Positions 13,314 to 27,453 are shown, counted from the first letter of the stretch. The stretch: 64,000 nucleotides of DNA from Octopus vulgaris (GCA_951406725.2 OX597814.1:165850001-165914000); one strand, 5' to 3'. Translations and numbers: made by a program. Notes: a model not told the origin generated them from the letters alone.

Positions 13314-15182
13314 CTGAATTTATCATCTTCACATGCTGTCATCTTAAAGATTCAATTCAAACATCCAAAATGAGCTTATGAGTATCTTGAATCATAATCA
13401 TCTTAAATTATTTTGATATCTGCAACTATAAGATCAATGAAATATTTATAATTAATGCTGGACCTTTTAATCTGCACACAGTGCTCTACAGTTTAATCAA
13501 ACATTTGAAGCATGGAACTATAAAAGTCAACTCCAAAACAGGATGAAGCTGAGAATTTATGCTGTGCATATTCAAGATTTAAACCATTTGATTGTCTATA
13601 AGCTAATTTGGAACTTTGTACATACTTTAACTTTGTAATAATACTACAGAGTTCTGATGAACCAAAAATTGTTGAGTTTTGTTTCTTGACTAAATTATGT
13701 AGTTTGTTTTTATGAACATAACAATCTGGCTGTTTTTCATTTTTAAAATGTATCTACATTGGTTTTGTGTACGAGTATTCACTTGTTAGATTATCAAAGC
13801 CATCTACTCATAGAATTAGCTTGTAAGATTTTGGACCTTCTGATGAATTACAGATACAGTTGGCTTTCACAGTTTGTCTACCCAATTTTACTAATATGGC
13901 TTAAGTTAACTTGAGGCTATGGTAAAAGATACTTGCCCAAGGCACTATGCAGTAGGATCAGCAACCTGAAATCTAACGGCAGTTCAGCCATGCTGCACTG
14001 TGTTGTATTAAGGAGAATAAACAGAGGTACTTCCTAAAGTAACTTTTTCTTGTATTAGTAATCAACGGTCACTTGTACAAGCAGAAATTGCAGCATGTCT
14101 TCTACAAGAAAAGCCTATTCCAATTACAAACAACTAATAATTCAGGTATAAGCAGCTGGCTATGTCATAAGAGTAATTCTATTTATCCTAATCCAGCATC
14201 ATGTTAACTGTAAGCAGGAGAGATTGAATAACTGAAGAATATTTTAACTTGCAATTAAACCGATTATCTTGTATGGACAAACCAGCATATAAACTGGAAT
14301 AAAGTTCAACTGGTTTCATCTTTCTGCTCCAAGACACATAGTAATAAGTAGATGGTGGCGATCATAGTAGTCTAATATGAATTAAAATCAGTCTTTTTGT
14401 TCAACCAAGCATCACATCTCTATGGATCAGAAAGTTGGTAGTGTGTTCTTTTCTTCTTAGTGGTACAGTAGCCCAAACTGATATATATATATATATAACC
14501 ATTCCCACAACATTAGCAAAATTTTTGCCATCCCTACTGTACATGACAAGATTTGCATCCATATAATTCTTCCTTTGGCATGGCATTAGGTAAGTTTACA
14601 ACCATCTTGATATTAATAATGAAAGGGTGATGAGCTGGCAGAATTATTAGCAAATTGGACAAAATGCTTAGTGGCAATTCAGCCGGCTATGTTCTGAGTT
14701 CAAATGTTACCAGGGTCAATAAAATAAGTACCAGTTCAGCACTGGGGCTGATGTAATTGACTTACTGCTTCCCCCACAATTGCTGGTCCTGTGCCAGAAT
14801 TTGAAATCAATATTATTAAACATGATTTATCTTAATCTTTTGAATTCTCACAGACCCCTTTCCACTTGTATGATGATAAGGATGGTTGATTGAAATCAAT
14901 GTGGTTAATGTTCAGTTTGAATTAAGTTAGTGGTTCAAGACTAGAAGCGATTCAGTGGAATGTATTTTCTTCAGGGGAGGATAGATTACAAGATTATTAG
15001 GGCAATGGTTTTTTTCTTTTTCAGTTGCATGCCTTTCTGCCCAAATGTGATGTAGTAATGAAGCATGCCAACCAACACAAACAGATATTTTAACTCTTAA
15101 TCATAAGGTCATTAGTACAGTACATTTGTCATACCTACTGTGATTCATAACTAATTACAGCTTATGAAAGTCTTAAATAACC

Positions 15183-15557
15183 ATCGTGATCTGCCTCTAC
15201 CTGGGATGTAGCCAATCCACCTATGCATACCTTTCCTTCTTGGGACACAAAACTCTACTTGTGAAGACCTGTTGAGGCAAGTGAAAATCAAAATCGAAGT
15301 CGATCAACATCAATGGAAATTGTAGCTGTGATACCAGTGCCAGTGGCCCGTAAAAAGCACCATCCAATCGTGGCCATTTGCCAGCCTCGTCTGGCACATA
15401 AAAAGCACCCACTACACTCACGGAGTGGTTGGCGTCCAGCTGTAGAAACTGCCAGATCTGACTGGGCCTGGTGCAGCCTTCTGGTTTCCCAGACCCCAGT
15501 TGAACCGTCCAACCCATGCTAGCATGGAGAGTGGACGTTAAACGATGATGATGATGA
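15183..15557 (+). mobile_element. (GAT)n-tailed non-LTR retroposon 3' end (RTE-partner SINE or LINE UTR)
   Basis: aaaaagcacccactacactc...cccatgctagcatgga...gatgatgatg; multicopy in the window. Confidence 0.75.
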
Positions 15558-15725
15558 GCAACATTCTTTCACGTGTTGAATGTAGAACTTTCAGTATGAT
15601 CAGAACAATATATGGACACATTTACAGTGGCAAAAACACTCCATTTCTTTCACATATATACACACACTTCAAAAAACAGGAATTGATATGTCAATTAAAT
15701 TTAGTCTTGTAAGTATAAAAAATTA

Positions 15726-15731
15726 TTTATT
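15726..15731 (-). terminator. Probable polyadenylation signal of HSPA14 (AATAAA)
   Basis: AATAAA on the minus strand ~90 nt after the stop codon. Confidence 0.5.
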
Positions 15732-15817
15732 TATGATTTCTGAAAGCCATTGACGATTTTAAGTAAAGCTGTTAAAAGTTCCAATTACTTTTTTTGTCTA
15801 ATCTCTTGCTGCCAATA

Positions 15818-15893
15818 TTATCTGACAGGAATTTGTACAGTTAATTTCTTGTTTGTTGTCTCTTCTTGGCAAACAACTTCTAGGAATTTATCT
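15818..15893 (-). CDS. HSPA14: HSPA14 exon 14 (last)
   Basis: DKFLEVVCQEETTNKKLTVQIPVR*; no EEVD/lid, as expected for HSPA14; joined CDS is 1584 nt = 527 aa. Confidence 0.85.
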
Positions 15894-16555
15894 CTGAAGA
15901 AGAAAAATGAAAAATAACAAGTGAATATTTAGAAAGAGAATGTTGAATCAAAGAAATCGTTAACACTGTTACATTTCTACAAATTGGATCTTTGAAATTG
16001 ATAATGCCACATTGTAAACAAAAGTGTCAGTGGGTGAGCTACTGTGAGGGTCCCAAGTTAGTTTAAAATAGTACTCAAATTTTTCTGTCTTACAACATGA
16101 GATATGTAAGGAGTATTATATATAAGACAGACCAGCATTACTGGAAAGTCTGAAATATACTGCATTACATTTCATCTAATGCACAAACATGCCTAAAAGT
16201 TGAACAGGTTTAAATTTATGGTACAAAACTCTGCTAAAATTCAATTCACTCAATGCTCACCACAGTACCTACATTTAAATTCAGTCACAAAATAGGCATT
16301 TTCTAGTACATGGAACTTACACAATTTACTAAGTCACCTTCTAATCACTTCCCCTGCCAGAGACAACCAAATCACCATCAGATCTAGGAAAGGATGCAGA
16401 TGTTATCTTCATAACCCTAAATAGATATGATGGCCACCATTTAAATACCTTTAATCACAGGTTTGCTTGATAACAGTTGACTGGGGCCAAATAACAATAC
16501 TTTTAACTAGATATTAAATATAAATTACAAAATTGTAAATGAAGTTTGTAAATAC

Positions 16556-16614
16556 CTTGTTAAAATAAAAGACGTTGATATAGGAGCTTCTTGAGCAATA
16601 TTTTTCATTACAAC
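16556..16614 (-). CDS. HSPA14: HSPA14 exon 13
   Basis: VVMKNIAQEAPISTSFILTR; phase 0/2. Confidence 0.82.
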
Positions 16615-17541
16615 CTGCATGAGAAAGATTATCAAATTACAATTAATTTTATTGGCATATTCTGTGCCACATCTGAAGCATAAAAATACATGTGGAAGAG
16701 AAACTAGAGAAGAGATTCTAAAAAAAGGAAACAAAACCTAGGTTTCAAAATAAACCTATCAAAGGAACAGATCTCAGCAGGAAAGAAGCTATGCTAGATA
16801 TACTGAAAAGGAATAGGTAAGAACTCTGTTGTGTACCCAAAATAAACAAAGTACACAGGTTAGCTGTAAGAACATCCAAGAAAAAAATTTTTTTCAAATG
16901 CTCAGGCTTTGATAATTCGTTGATAACTTCTATTATCTATATGACCTAATTAACAGCAGCAGGTGTTCTTAAAACAAAGCTAAATTAAGAATGAAGTGGA
17001 AAAAATTCGGGGGTCTATTTACTTCTGCTAGCAACTTAAGTAGAATAAACCTGCAGAAGAGACTCTGGGGAACAATGAGGATAAATATCACTAAATATGA
17101 TTTAAAGACTGCAATAAATAGACACCAGTTGAAGAAGACCCATGCATGTTTAGAAAAACATACATAAAATGAGGATTATGATGATTACCTGACCAATGGT
17201 GTTTTTACTACTGGGAACACTTCAAGGAAAAGTATATTTAAAAATGTATTTTGTCTTATTTCTAACTAACTTTTTTGTGCTGTAATATTTACAATGTAAT
17301 GATTATCTTAATTTCATAGTCACTATTACTAACAAACCAGAAGTTATAAAATGTTGTTTTTTTTTATTCATTGATATATATAATTCCCACTGCAAATAAA
17401 TATATGAAATAATGTATAAATAATGGTTTCAAGTTTTAGCACAGAGTCAGAAGAAGGGGTAAGTTGATTGCAGCAACCCCAGTCTTCAAGTGGTATCAAT
17501 GTAAAAGGCATCAGAATCAACAGAAAATATAAACTACTTAC

Positions 17542-17739
17542 CGATGCAAGAAGTTTATCACTATTCTCATCACCTTCGTCTCTTTCAGGACAATCATCCA
17601 ATTCCAAAACATCAAGAAAGAATGCACTTTCTTGAGACGAAGCTGAAAAGACAAATTTCTGGTGGGAAGGAATTGGAGTAGATTTGCTAAATACAGTCTG
17701 GAAATCCTTATAAGTAGTTTTGTCTCGATTCTCTCGCAC
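17542..17739 (-). CDS. HSPA14: HSPA14 exon 12
   Basis: VRENRDKTTYKDFQTVFSKSTPIPSHQKFVFS...DKLLAS (substrate-binding-domain-like F..xTP.P); AG/GT. Confidence 0.88.
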
Positions 17740-17892
17740 CTGAAAAACATTTTATAAAAATTATGCATTTTAACCTTCATTTCAATCTATTTTCTGAATT
17801 AGCATTGGTATGACAATGAGGAGGGGAAAAGCTTAACAAAATTAAGATTAAGTACCATCATTTCAGAAATTATAGAAATGCTAATGACAATC

Positions 17893-18230
17893 ATTACCAG
17901 CGTCGCCTTACTGGCATGTGAACAAAACATTCGAGCGAATGTTTTGTTAATATAACACGATCTTTAAGAAACTATTATGAACTACATAAACGTAAAAAAC
18001 ACCCTATGAGCGTGGCCATTGCCAGTACCACCAGGATGGCCCTAAAGCCAGTGGCACGTAAAAGCACCCACTACACTCTTGGAGTGGTTGGCATTAGGAA
18101 GGGCATCCAGCTGTAGAAATTCTGCCAGATCAGATTGGAGCCTGGTGCAGCCATCTGGTTCGCCAGTCCTCAGTCAAATCGTCCAACCCATGCTAGCATG
18201 GAAAGCAGACGTTAATTGATGATGATGATG
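17893..18230 (+). mobile_element. (GAT)n-tailed retroposon copy
   Basis: Same family as 15183-15557. Confidence 0.75.
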
Positions 18231-18417
18231 AAAAGCAAGAGGTACAAAGCTTTTAAATTAAGTTATTGTTACTCTTACGTAAATTACACAAGACTGTCAC
18301 AACAGCAACAGTATAATATCATAAATTATAGCTAGGTGTCTGAAGTGATATAGCAATAGTTTACACCTGAAAACTATAATACAGCATAGATAAAAATTTA
18401 TATAACACTATCTTTAA

Positions 18418-19513
18418 CCCTTTCGTTACTATTTCTGACCAAAATACACACCTCATGAGTTTCAATTAAATTCTAAAATAATCATGAATCTCGGCTTGTT
18501 TCATTAAATAACTGTAACTTTTTTACTTATCAACATATTAATGTGATATTGGGAACATAATTAAAGAAAGGGTTCTTAATCAATTCTATTGCATAACTTT
18601 TGTCTCGAAGTGACTTTAATTACAGGTAAATTGAGCAAAAGGTAAAAATATTAAAATTTTAAATTGAGCAAAAGGTAAAAATATTAAAATTTTGTTTAAA
18701 CATCACCATAGAAAATGAATCATCAGCTAATATTCAAATGGGTATGCAACAAAATTTTGATAAAGAAGAATTGTGCACATCACTATATCATCAGTTGAAT
18801 TTAATGCACAACAGGTATACCATAAAGGTGGAATAAAGTGAAATACTGGAATCCACTGGAAGTTTGACCGAACTAAAGAAATCGGTCAAAAAATAATATA
18901 CGGCCCTGGTTATGGTATGGAAGTGATAAATTCCAGACCACATCGTTCCCTAGGCCATGCTGACTAACATTATTTTCCCTGTATAAAAACTAAATCCACA
19001 CAGTACCCAGTATTTGCTTCACAAATTTTCCAAAATTTGAACCCCCATTTTGTGTTTGTTTACATTTTGCGTAAGTTTGTTTCCGCATTGATCGCATCAA
19101 ACTATAACTTCCAGACCACATCATACCCTAAGCCATGCTGACTAACATTATTTTCCCTGTATAAAAACTAAATCCACAACAGTACCCAGTATTTGCTTCA
19201 CAAATTTTCCAATTCGGAATCAATGCTTGATAACATGAAACTCCAATCCATTTTCAAAGTTGAAGAAAAATCGATGCCGAAAAAAATGTGGAAAAAAATC
19301 TCCCAAAATTCAGGGAATTAAAATTACACGTCGATCGTTGTACAAAACTGTAGATTAACTGTTTACGAAGTATAATCACATGTTTTCACGAATGTACTAA
19401 AGAGATTTGCTCTGATATTCTCATTTAAATATGAATAGGTAAATTTGGGCGGGTTTGGTCACATTAACCAACATTTTTTTCGGGTGGCTTTGGGCGGTTT
19501 GGTAACGAAAGGG
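18418..19513 (-). mobile_element. piggyBac internally deleted DNA transposon
   Basis: TTAA on both sides (18414-17, 19514-17); TIRs CCCTTTCGTTAC/GTAACGAAAGGG; minus-strand transposase scraps TKWGFKFWKICEANTGYC and GRILFFD.F.SSVKL; internal ~100-bp direct duplication (18931-19032 and 19109-19212). Confidence 0.9.
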
Positions 19514-19612
19514 TTAAGAACCTATTATGAACTACATAGAATTTACATGGATCAAACATAAAACAATTACATGTCAAAATTCTGCAGAATCCAATAATTT
19601 ATCAAAACTTAC

Positions 19613-19705
19613 TTTTACTGCAATTGCTTGAGACAGAATCTTCACTTTATTTTGATGTTCACTCTCAGGAATTAATTTGTTTTTAAAAGCTTTCAAAATA
19701 CTGGT
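19613..19705 (-). CDS. HSPA14: HSPA14 exon 11
   Basis: TSILKAFKNKLIPESEHQNKVKILSQAIAVK; catcag acceptor, gtaagt donor, phase 0/0. Confidence 0.82.
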
Positions 19706-20299
19706 CTGATGGACAGAAAAACAAAATCACTTAATTACAATTTAGCATCTCTTTTAAATATTATTTAAAAATTATTTTCTTTCTATGCAAATATTCCATA
19801 CTATCCAATATAAATACTGTCAAATACAACCAACCCAATTTGGCAAATTTGGACATTTCAGAAAGAAGTATTTCTTAATACAGCAACATGTCTAATACAG
19901 GATTTTCATTCATGAGTAACTGGTACTTGCAAATGAAAAGAGAAAGACTGAGGTGCTATCACATACCAACAAGATTTACCAACTGAAAGAAGAAAATAAC
20001 CCCATTTTATATTCAAAATCATCATTTACATTTTTTTTACACTAGCATTTATTGGATAAGACAGCAATTCTTATCAATGTACCCAATCTACCCTACTCTT
20101 TTTTGCTCAATGTAACTTTCAGGATATTGTTTCATTCATTTTTATCACAAGTCCAAACCAGACATAGTTTAATATTTGTACATTGCAACTCCTGTATTTA
20201 CTGATAAATCTTTCCCTGTCATTAAATCATTCAATGTCCCTTCTTTGATGCCTATTTTTTTATTGACTATCCAGTAATTAAGGTTTAAGGCTGTCTTAC

Positions 20300-20428
20300 C
20301 TCTTTAGCTGCCCCAATAGCAATGACCTCATCTGGTGGAATGTGATTCAAGAGTTTGGCATTTGGAAAAGTTTCAGACACCATCTTCTGCACCAATGGAA
20401 CTTTGGAGCCACCACCGCAAAGTATGAC
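20300..20428 (-). CDS. HSPA14: HSPA14 exon 10
   Basis: VILCGGGSKVPLVQKMVSETFPNAKLLNHIPPDEVIAIGAAKE. Confidence 0.95.
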
Positions 20429-20531
20429 CTGGATAACAAAGTATAAAATATATCTCAAGTCGTAAATAAATTGCAAAAACATTAAAATATACACACACAT
20501 GCATATCCAAAAACACATACATACAACAATA

Positions 20532-20895
20532 TCTCTATATATATAAACGGCAAAATGTCAGTGTGTGTGTCCTTTATACAAATCCACAATTTTTCAGTTA
20601 GAGGGCTCGCACTTTCTATGGTCATTCAAAACTGTCCAAGGGTGGTCATGCACATCTTTACATTTCCCCAGTCACCCTGTAGAGCCATTAAAAAATCAAT
20701 AGAAGTAGCTTTTTTGTGAATTTTCTATCCAAAACCCAATCAAAATGCCCGAAACTTGATATGCCAATTGAATGCCAGCTAGCTGTATGTGATTGGTCAG
20801 AGATTTGGATAGTACTCGCATGTATGTATGCACACAAGCAGCTGTATATGCATGCACTAGCACTATGACCCGGCAATACCGGCTCATAGTGCTAG
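20532..20895 (+). mobile_element. Non-autonomous Helitron
   Basis: 5' A|TC(TA)n...; 3' hairpin CCGG-caata-CCGG, then CTAG|T; no TSD. Confidence 0.75.
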
Positions 20896-21073
20896 TATAT
20901 AATACAGACTGACAAGGTAACATTCAAGCATAAATTTACTTGCTATTGAAGCTTGTTTTAGCTATCATGGCTAAGATCATGCTAGATCACTGCCTTCAGT
21001 ACATGTATATACACATACACACACACACACACACCTGTCAGATCCCATCATTATAAATTAACAGATACTTTAC

Positions 21074-21176
21074 CTTTTCAATATCAGATTTCTGTAAATC
21101 TGCATTGCTAAGAACTTCTTCAATTTTAGCAACACAACGGTTCTTCAAGGAGGTACAAAGACTCTCAAATCTGGCC
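21074..21176 (-). CDS. HSPA14: HSPA14 exon 9
   Basis: ARFESLCTSLKNRCVAKIEEVLSNADLQKSDIEK. Confidence 0.95.
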
Positions 21177-22971
21177 CTGTTCGGGGAAAAGAAATTAAGT
21201 AAACCAATCACAACACAATATTTTAGATACAATATCAGTTTTTTTTGACAGGCAGACAGTTGATTAAAATACAATTTATCAGAAATGGTTTAAAAAAAGA
21301 AAGAAAAAAAAAAACAAGCAACCAATATAATAGTTGCTTGAATCAACAATTGAATTACAGCAGATATTAAAATAAGGTTATTGAGTTGAATGTTGTATGT
21401 TACCTAGTCTTGAACGTCTTGCACTAATTAAAAAAAACTTTGCTGTGACGTTAATTTGCAGTCTTCCATGAAAACATGACCAGACTAGAGAAAAAAATAT
21501 TACCTTATTGGGGGAGGGGATCTCCTGGTCTTGACATCTAGTAAAGATTATAAACACTCTTCACTATCATACAAAGGGTAACATTTATTTGTAGTCCTCT
21601 GTGAAAGAATATCCTGATGAGGGGAAATATTACCTTCCTTGGAAAAAGGTGATGGTTGGCAACAAGAAAGCAACCAATCATAGAAATCACTGTGAGTGAG
21701 ATGAGATTTATTGAAACAGAGTTATGATGATAGCCATATTAAAATATATTTATTAAAATATCTTCTTTATAAAAATGTAAAAACCAATGTAGCTTGAACG
21801 TGTGCACATATGTCTATCATGTTTGTTTACAGTCTAAAAACTAGTGATAGATCATACTTCTGTATTGCAGTCACCATCTCAACACTGAAAGATAAGATGT
21901 AGCATACGGCAGGTAATGTTGAGACATATGTAACAATGTCAAACAGATTCTAGAGTTGTATAAAACATGTGGACTAACTGTGTTAGACATTAGGCTACCA
22001 GCTCATAGTCTGTAAATTCATATCCTCTGAAGAGTTTTTGTGGTATCACTGAAAAGGATTACTTAATTTTTCAGGCTTTACTTCAACAAGTAGTTGGGAA
22101 TAGGTACTGGATCTCCTGAAAATGTTACTTTCAATAGATTGGTATCTTGTCCAGGTAAGTATGATCTCTCATCTACTAAATATTACAGAATCCTGTGATG
22201 AATATTAACTGTATGATGACATTTAACCCAAAATTAACCCTGATCAAAAGTGCTCCAGCAGAAATTGTCTCACCCTTTTAGGTTAATATAAGAATACAGT
22301 ATCTAATATATCCTTTTATTTAAGATATTATATTGTAATTTGAGGGAGATTTGGCTACTATTCAAAGCAGGTTGAGCCACCATGGAGAGATTCTCTCACT
22401 GGCTAGGAGAGATATCCTTTCATCACTGCTGATTCTTACCTAATGCACACTGGGTAAGCAAGAAACTACTAAAACACCAAACAATATAAGAAAATTCAAT
22501 GTACCAAAATATACTCCTATGACTAAAACTTATATAGAATCTTGCTGTAAAATGAAACTTGGAAACAGTACTAGAAGCTATTAGGTATGTCACAAGTAGC
22601 CTTAGTTTTGCATGTCAGATCTAAAGTCAGAATAACTAAACAACAGGATGTCATTTTGCTGATTTGGAACAATATGGAAACTTGCTTGTTACTTTTCTTT
22701 CACCTTTTAATTTTTCTAAGACCAGACTATGAAAACAGGACACTAAATACAAACTCATGACTAGATCACAAATTCAAACTGAATTAGAGACAAGAAGTTT
22801 CAGTTAGAACATACATATACCTGTACTAAAAAACAAATTCCACTTCATACTCAAGTGGCTATCTATGGGAGACATGGTATTTAAAGAACTAACCCATCAA
22901 TCCTGACATTAAAAACATATGTGAAAACAATAAACATTATTAAAACTATTTGAATACTAAAATGAACTTAC

Positions 22972-23127
22972 CGTGAAACAGAAGTTGAGAAGTCCATACC
23001 ATCATAGAGTGATTCAACAGAACAATGGGAGTTATTAACAGTTGATAAGGCATGTTTGCACATCTCTGCACCTCGCTGCAATTTTGCAATTGACCGACTG
23101 TTATCACTGATGTCATGCCGGCACTGC
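22972..23127 (-). CDS. HSPA14: HSPA14 exon 8
   Basis: QCRHDISDNSRSIAKLQRGAEMCKHALSTVNNSHCSVESLYDGMDFSTSVSR. Confidence 0.95.
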
Positions 23128-24824
23128 CTGAGAAATTAAAATTTATTTTTAGCATGTCAAACAACCTTGTATATAATCATCATTATGAACAACAGTAGCA
23201 ATTGATTATTGGGAATCGAAAGTAAATTAGAGATTCACTCATTGACGTATAAGTCAATAGCTAATTATTCACTCAAATAGTATAGGAAAGTACAATACTC
23301 AAAGACTGATGTAGCAATATTCACATCAATTACAACAAAGACAAAGGAGTAATTACAGAGGTCTCAAACTGTTAAAATTAGCTGAAAGAGCTTAAAATAT
23401 ATTCAGCATTGGGCTAACAAAAATGCAGTTTGGGTTTACTGAACGTGACTATAGAAAAACATGGAAAAAGTTCAAGAAGCAGTTACCTATGTCAACAATG
23501 AAGGTTTTTACAAAGTATGATACTACATAGAAATGAAACAATTAAAACACAGGAGACCAGCTGACATAGCAAAGGAATGTTTCACTAACACACACTCTAG
23601 CTTTTGCTATACAGATATATTGTCTCCTTTTTCCCACTATCATAGTGGCTTCTCCTCCCAGAGCTGGCTGGTCTTGCACCATATCTGCTCAAATAAGTGA
23701 GACAAATACCTGACTCACTTATCTCACCTTTTGTCACCCACATTATGTCCAGCCCTTCAACCATATTTCATGCCTTGCACTAACTATTAGCCTTTCTCTC
23801 CAGAATGTTAGGTTTCTAAAATGTTCACCCAACACATTTTTCCTACAGCTATTAACTTGCAACTGTTCAAGAAGAATGCTAACGACAGTGTTGTTGGTCT
23901 CAGAAGGTCTGCAAAGGCCAAGGTAGAGCTCCTTCCTCCAGTCCCCGCACCAAAAATAAAAACCAACAAAATTACACATATATGGTTTCAAATTTTGGCA
24001 CAGAGCCAGCAATTTTAAGGGGAGCGGTAAGTCAGTTACATCAACCCCAGTGTTCAACTGGTACTTATTTTATCAACTGCAAAAGGATGAAAGGCAAAGT
24101 CAACCTCTGCAAAACTTGAACTCAGAACATGAAGATAGACAATTGGATGTGTAATACTATCATGCATAAGAAAAAAATGATGAGTCAAATTAGACAATTT
24201 GCTCCAGTGTCTTTACCCAGTGTTTTTATTGCATTTAGTCAAATCTATATTCTATATGCCAAAGTAGATGCAATAGGGCCAAATGGTTAAATTTTTTTGT
24301 AACCAGAAGGTACTGTGCGGCAGGTTGAACAACTGTCATTTTCTAGAGCCTCAGAATGACTCATACTTTATGAGTGACACTGAGTAGACAGTAAAAACTT
24401 GTCTATTACACATTGTGTTATGCTGATTCTATGTGTGAAATATGTAAAGAGTACATATGTTAGTGGAATGCTCAGCCCCTTAGTGTTAATTTAACAGCAT
24501 ATTTGATTGAACAACTGAATTCTCAATGTCAAACGATAGAAATCCATTGCTGTGTCAAACTTTGAAAAGCTATGGTGATTCCTAAGTTTCTTGGATATAT
24601 TATGGTAACATTATGTTACCAGCTTTGGTAACATTGTACTACCAGCTTTGCATCCATGATAAAATAACTGTTACACTATAAAACCAATTGGTGTTTCATT
24701 GATATGCAGTACCAAGTTCAACTATCTCATAGAAGTCACCTGAGGAAGTGTTGGATGTCAGTAACAAGGCAGTAATCAATACAAGGGGAAAATGTTGCAA
24801 TATTTTTTATATGAAAACATTTAC

Positions 24825-24986
24825 CTTTTGAATTCTCCTTGAAGATGTTGCAAGAGAACCTCAGTAAAGTTGTCTCCACCCAGACTGTAATCTGACACCC
24901 CTGCTACTATAGAGTAGATCCCTCCACATAACTTGATCAGTGTCACATCACAGGATACACCACCAAGTCGAAATACAAGTACATAC
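24825..24986 (-). CDS. HSPA14: HSPA14 exon 7
   Basis: YVLVFRLGGVSCDVTLIKLCGGIYSIVAGVSDYSLGGDNFTEVLLQHLQGEFKR. Confidence 0.95.
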
Positions 24987-25157
24987 CTACAATAATAGAA
25001 ATGATATTAAAAATGTATCTACCAAAAAGACACACATAAAATATGTAATCACACACCTACATGTATGTCCACAATCTTTACACATTAACATTTATATGAT
25101 AAAACAAATTTTGTTGTTGAAAAATATGTAGAATTCAAGCAAAAAACTATTACAAAC

Positions 25158-25262
25158 CCTGAAATGCAGGATTCATCTTGTTGCACATCATATGCTAAAG
25201 CAGCAGCTGCAGGCTCGTGAATTATTCGTAGAACTTGGAAACCAACTTTTGTAGCAATCTGT
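25158..25262 (-). CDS. HSPA14: HSPA14 exon 6
   Basis: QIATKVGFQVLRIIHEPAAAALAYDVQQDESCISG, containing the Hsp70 VLRII.EP.AAALAY motif. Confidence 0.95.
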
Positions 25263-25578
25263 CTGTAAATAAAACAAAAAAGTATGGCAATGATATTTTA
25301 TTTGAACTTGATGTAACATTATATAACTTTCCATGCCTGTTTTTCATGTAAAAAATGTTTTTTTTTAATTCCATGTGTTCAAAAGCACAGAGCAACTGGT
25401 CATAATGTCAATAAAGAACGTAAACAATCATTTGACATTTCACTCAAACGAAGACATGAAATATCAGCATTCACAAACATTTGCACAAATACCCACATAC
25501 ATATTTGATAGTATATTACGCATATTATATAACAAAGTATAGCTGATGGATGACTGAAAGAGTTTTCTTTTTCCTTAC

Positions 25579-25669
25579 CGAAGTAGATTTTCTTGGTCTG
25601 TCGTGAAGCTAACCGGTACAGCAAGTACAGCATCAAAACAGCCTTTACCAGCTTTGCTCTGACCAATCT
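25579..25669 (-). CDS. HSPA14: HSPA14 exon 5
   Basis: EIGQSKAGKGCFDAVLAVPVSFTTDQENLLR, containing the Hsp70 AV..VP..F motif. Confidence 0.92.
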
Positions 25670-26689
25670 CTGTTAAACACAGCAGGAATAATCATGAAAT
25701 AATCAGCAGATAAATGAAAATGATACTTTTTATCACAGATGTAACTACTAAGATGATATCACTTAGAAATAGTAATATATATATATATATATATAGTAAC
25801 CATTAATACTGTTAGCAGTTATGGTCTATGAAAAGTTAATTCATTGACAACAGGGTTGACAGTTAAGAGAGTAAGAGTAATTAAATTGTGTTGTCAGCAG
25901 ATTTGAAAAGTAATGAAAAATAAAAAGTTTAAGAAAAGATTTTCTTTAAAATTTAGCATATGAATATAAATTAGTATTCTGTGGTGACTCTTATAAACAA
26001 TGAAAATAATTAAAATGGTCAGCAATTGAAACATCCCACCCCCACCTCGACTTTGTTGCTTCATAATTTCCAGAGAAAAAGGATACTTTTTAACGAAATT
26101 TTCAACAAATCCCACTTAGATGCTGTAGATTCAGAGTATATAGGAATTTATAGGAAAGAATTTTTCTGAGGCAGTGTGGAGAGGAGTTTCGGAAAATTCC
26201 CACGACCTGATTTTTTCCCCTCATAACTTTCAGGAAAATGGTATTTTTAAATGAAAGTTTATACAAATACCTTTCAAAATGCATAGATTATGATTATAAA
26301 GAAATTTGTGGGAGAAATGTTTTTCAAGAGTGTGGGGAGAGGAGATTTGAAAAAAAGGGGTTTTGGGATCAAGACAACCACAAAAGTTCATTTTCTTTTA
26401 CTCTATCCCCACCATCCCCCTCTGGACCGATTTTGGCCAATTTTTTTTTGGCACTTAAAAACTATGGGAGGAGCCTTTTCAGTTTTCTCGCTCTTGCATG
26501 TATTATGTTTTTCGATATTTTTCTCCCCGCTATATGTATTTTTGTTTGTTGTGTGATGTTTGTTCATTTATAGACTGAAGTACTTAGAGATCATAGATCA
26601 GAAGTTTTATGCACCCATGATATTATTGGCCAGCAGGAAACAAATAACTTTCAATATTCATAGTAGAATTTTGCCAGCTTATAGGAGTA

Positions 26690-27134
26690 GGAGTGGTTGT
26701 GTGCTAAGTAGCTTGCTAACGAACCATATGGTTCTTGGTTCAGTCCCACTGCATGGCACCTTGAGCAAGTATCTTCTTCTATGGCCTCGGGCTGACCAAA
26801 GCCTTGTGAGTGGATTTGGTAGACAGAAACTGAAAGAAGCCCATCGTATATATGTGTGTGTGTGTCTATATATATATACACATATATGTGTGTGTGTGTG
26901 TGTGTGTATGCATGTATGTATGTGTGTGTGTATATGTTTGTCTGTGTTTGTTCGCCAAACATCACTTGACAACCGATGCTTGTGTGTTTACATCCCATTA
27001 ACTTAGCAGTTTGGTAAAAGAGACCAATAGAATAAGTACTAGGCTTACAAAGAATAAGTCCTGGGGTCGATTTGCTCGACTAAAGGCGGTGCTCCAGCAT
27101 GGCCACAGTCAAATGACTGAAACAAGTAAAAGAG
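26690..27134 (+). mobile_element. tRNA-derived SINE, same family
   Basis: Full-length similarity to 2201-2591. Confidence 0.85.
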
Positions 27135-27347
27135 CTTTCCAACCCAGTCAATGACAGGTGTTTCTGCTAGTGTGTGTGTGTGTGTATATATATAGCATCT
27201 AAAAACAGTTGAAACAATATAGAAAAACAAAAGAAGAAACTAAAAGCATAGAATGCTCTCTCTCTCACTCACTCACTCCATCTCTCTCTCTCTCATCTGG
27301 TAACAATATATCTAAGAAATATGCAACAGTAATATATAATTACCTAC

Positions 27348-27453
27348 CAAGTAATTTCTTAAATAAAATCTCTAAAATCTCTGATACTGAGAAGACAGTT
27401 ACTTTGCCTTTAAAGTCCACCTCAAAAGCAACATCTTCCTTCCGGTTGACAAC
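27348..27453 (-). CDS. HSPA14: HSPA14 exon 4
   Basis: VVNRKEDVAFEVDFKGKVTVFSVSEILEILFKKLL; 106 nt, phase 0/1. Confidence 0.9.

Noticed and set aside
22195-22243. C/D-box snoRNA-like motifs (GTGATGA...CTGA)
   Set aside because: Too short (~50 nt), antisense to the host gene, and no terminal stem or recognisable rRNA guide.
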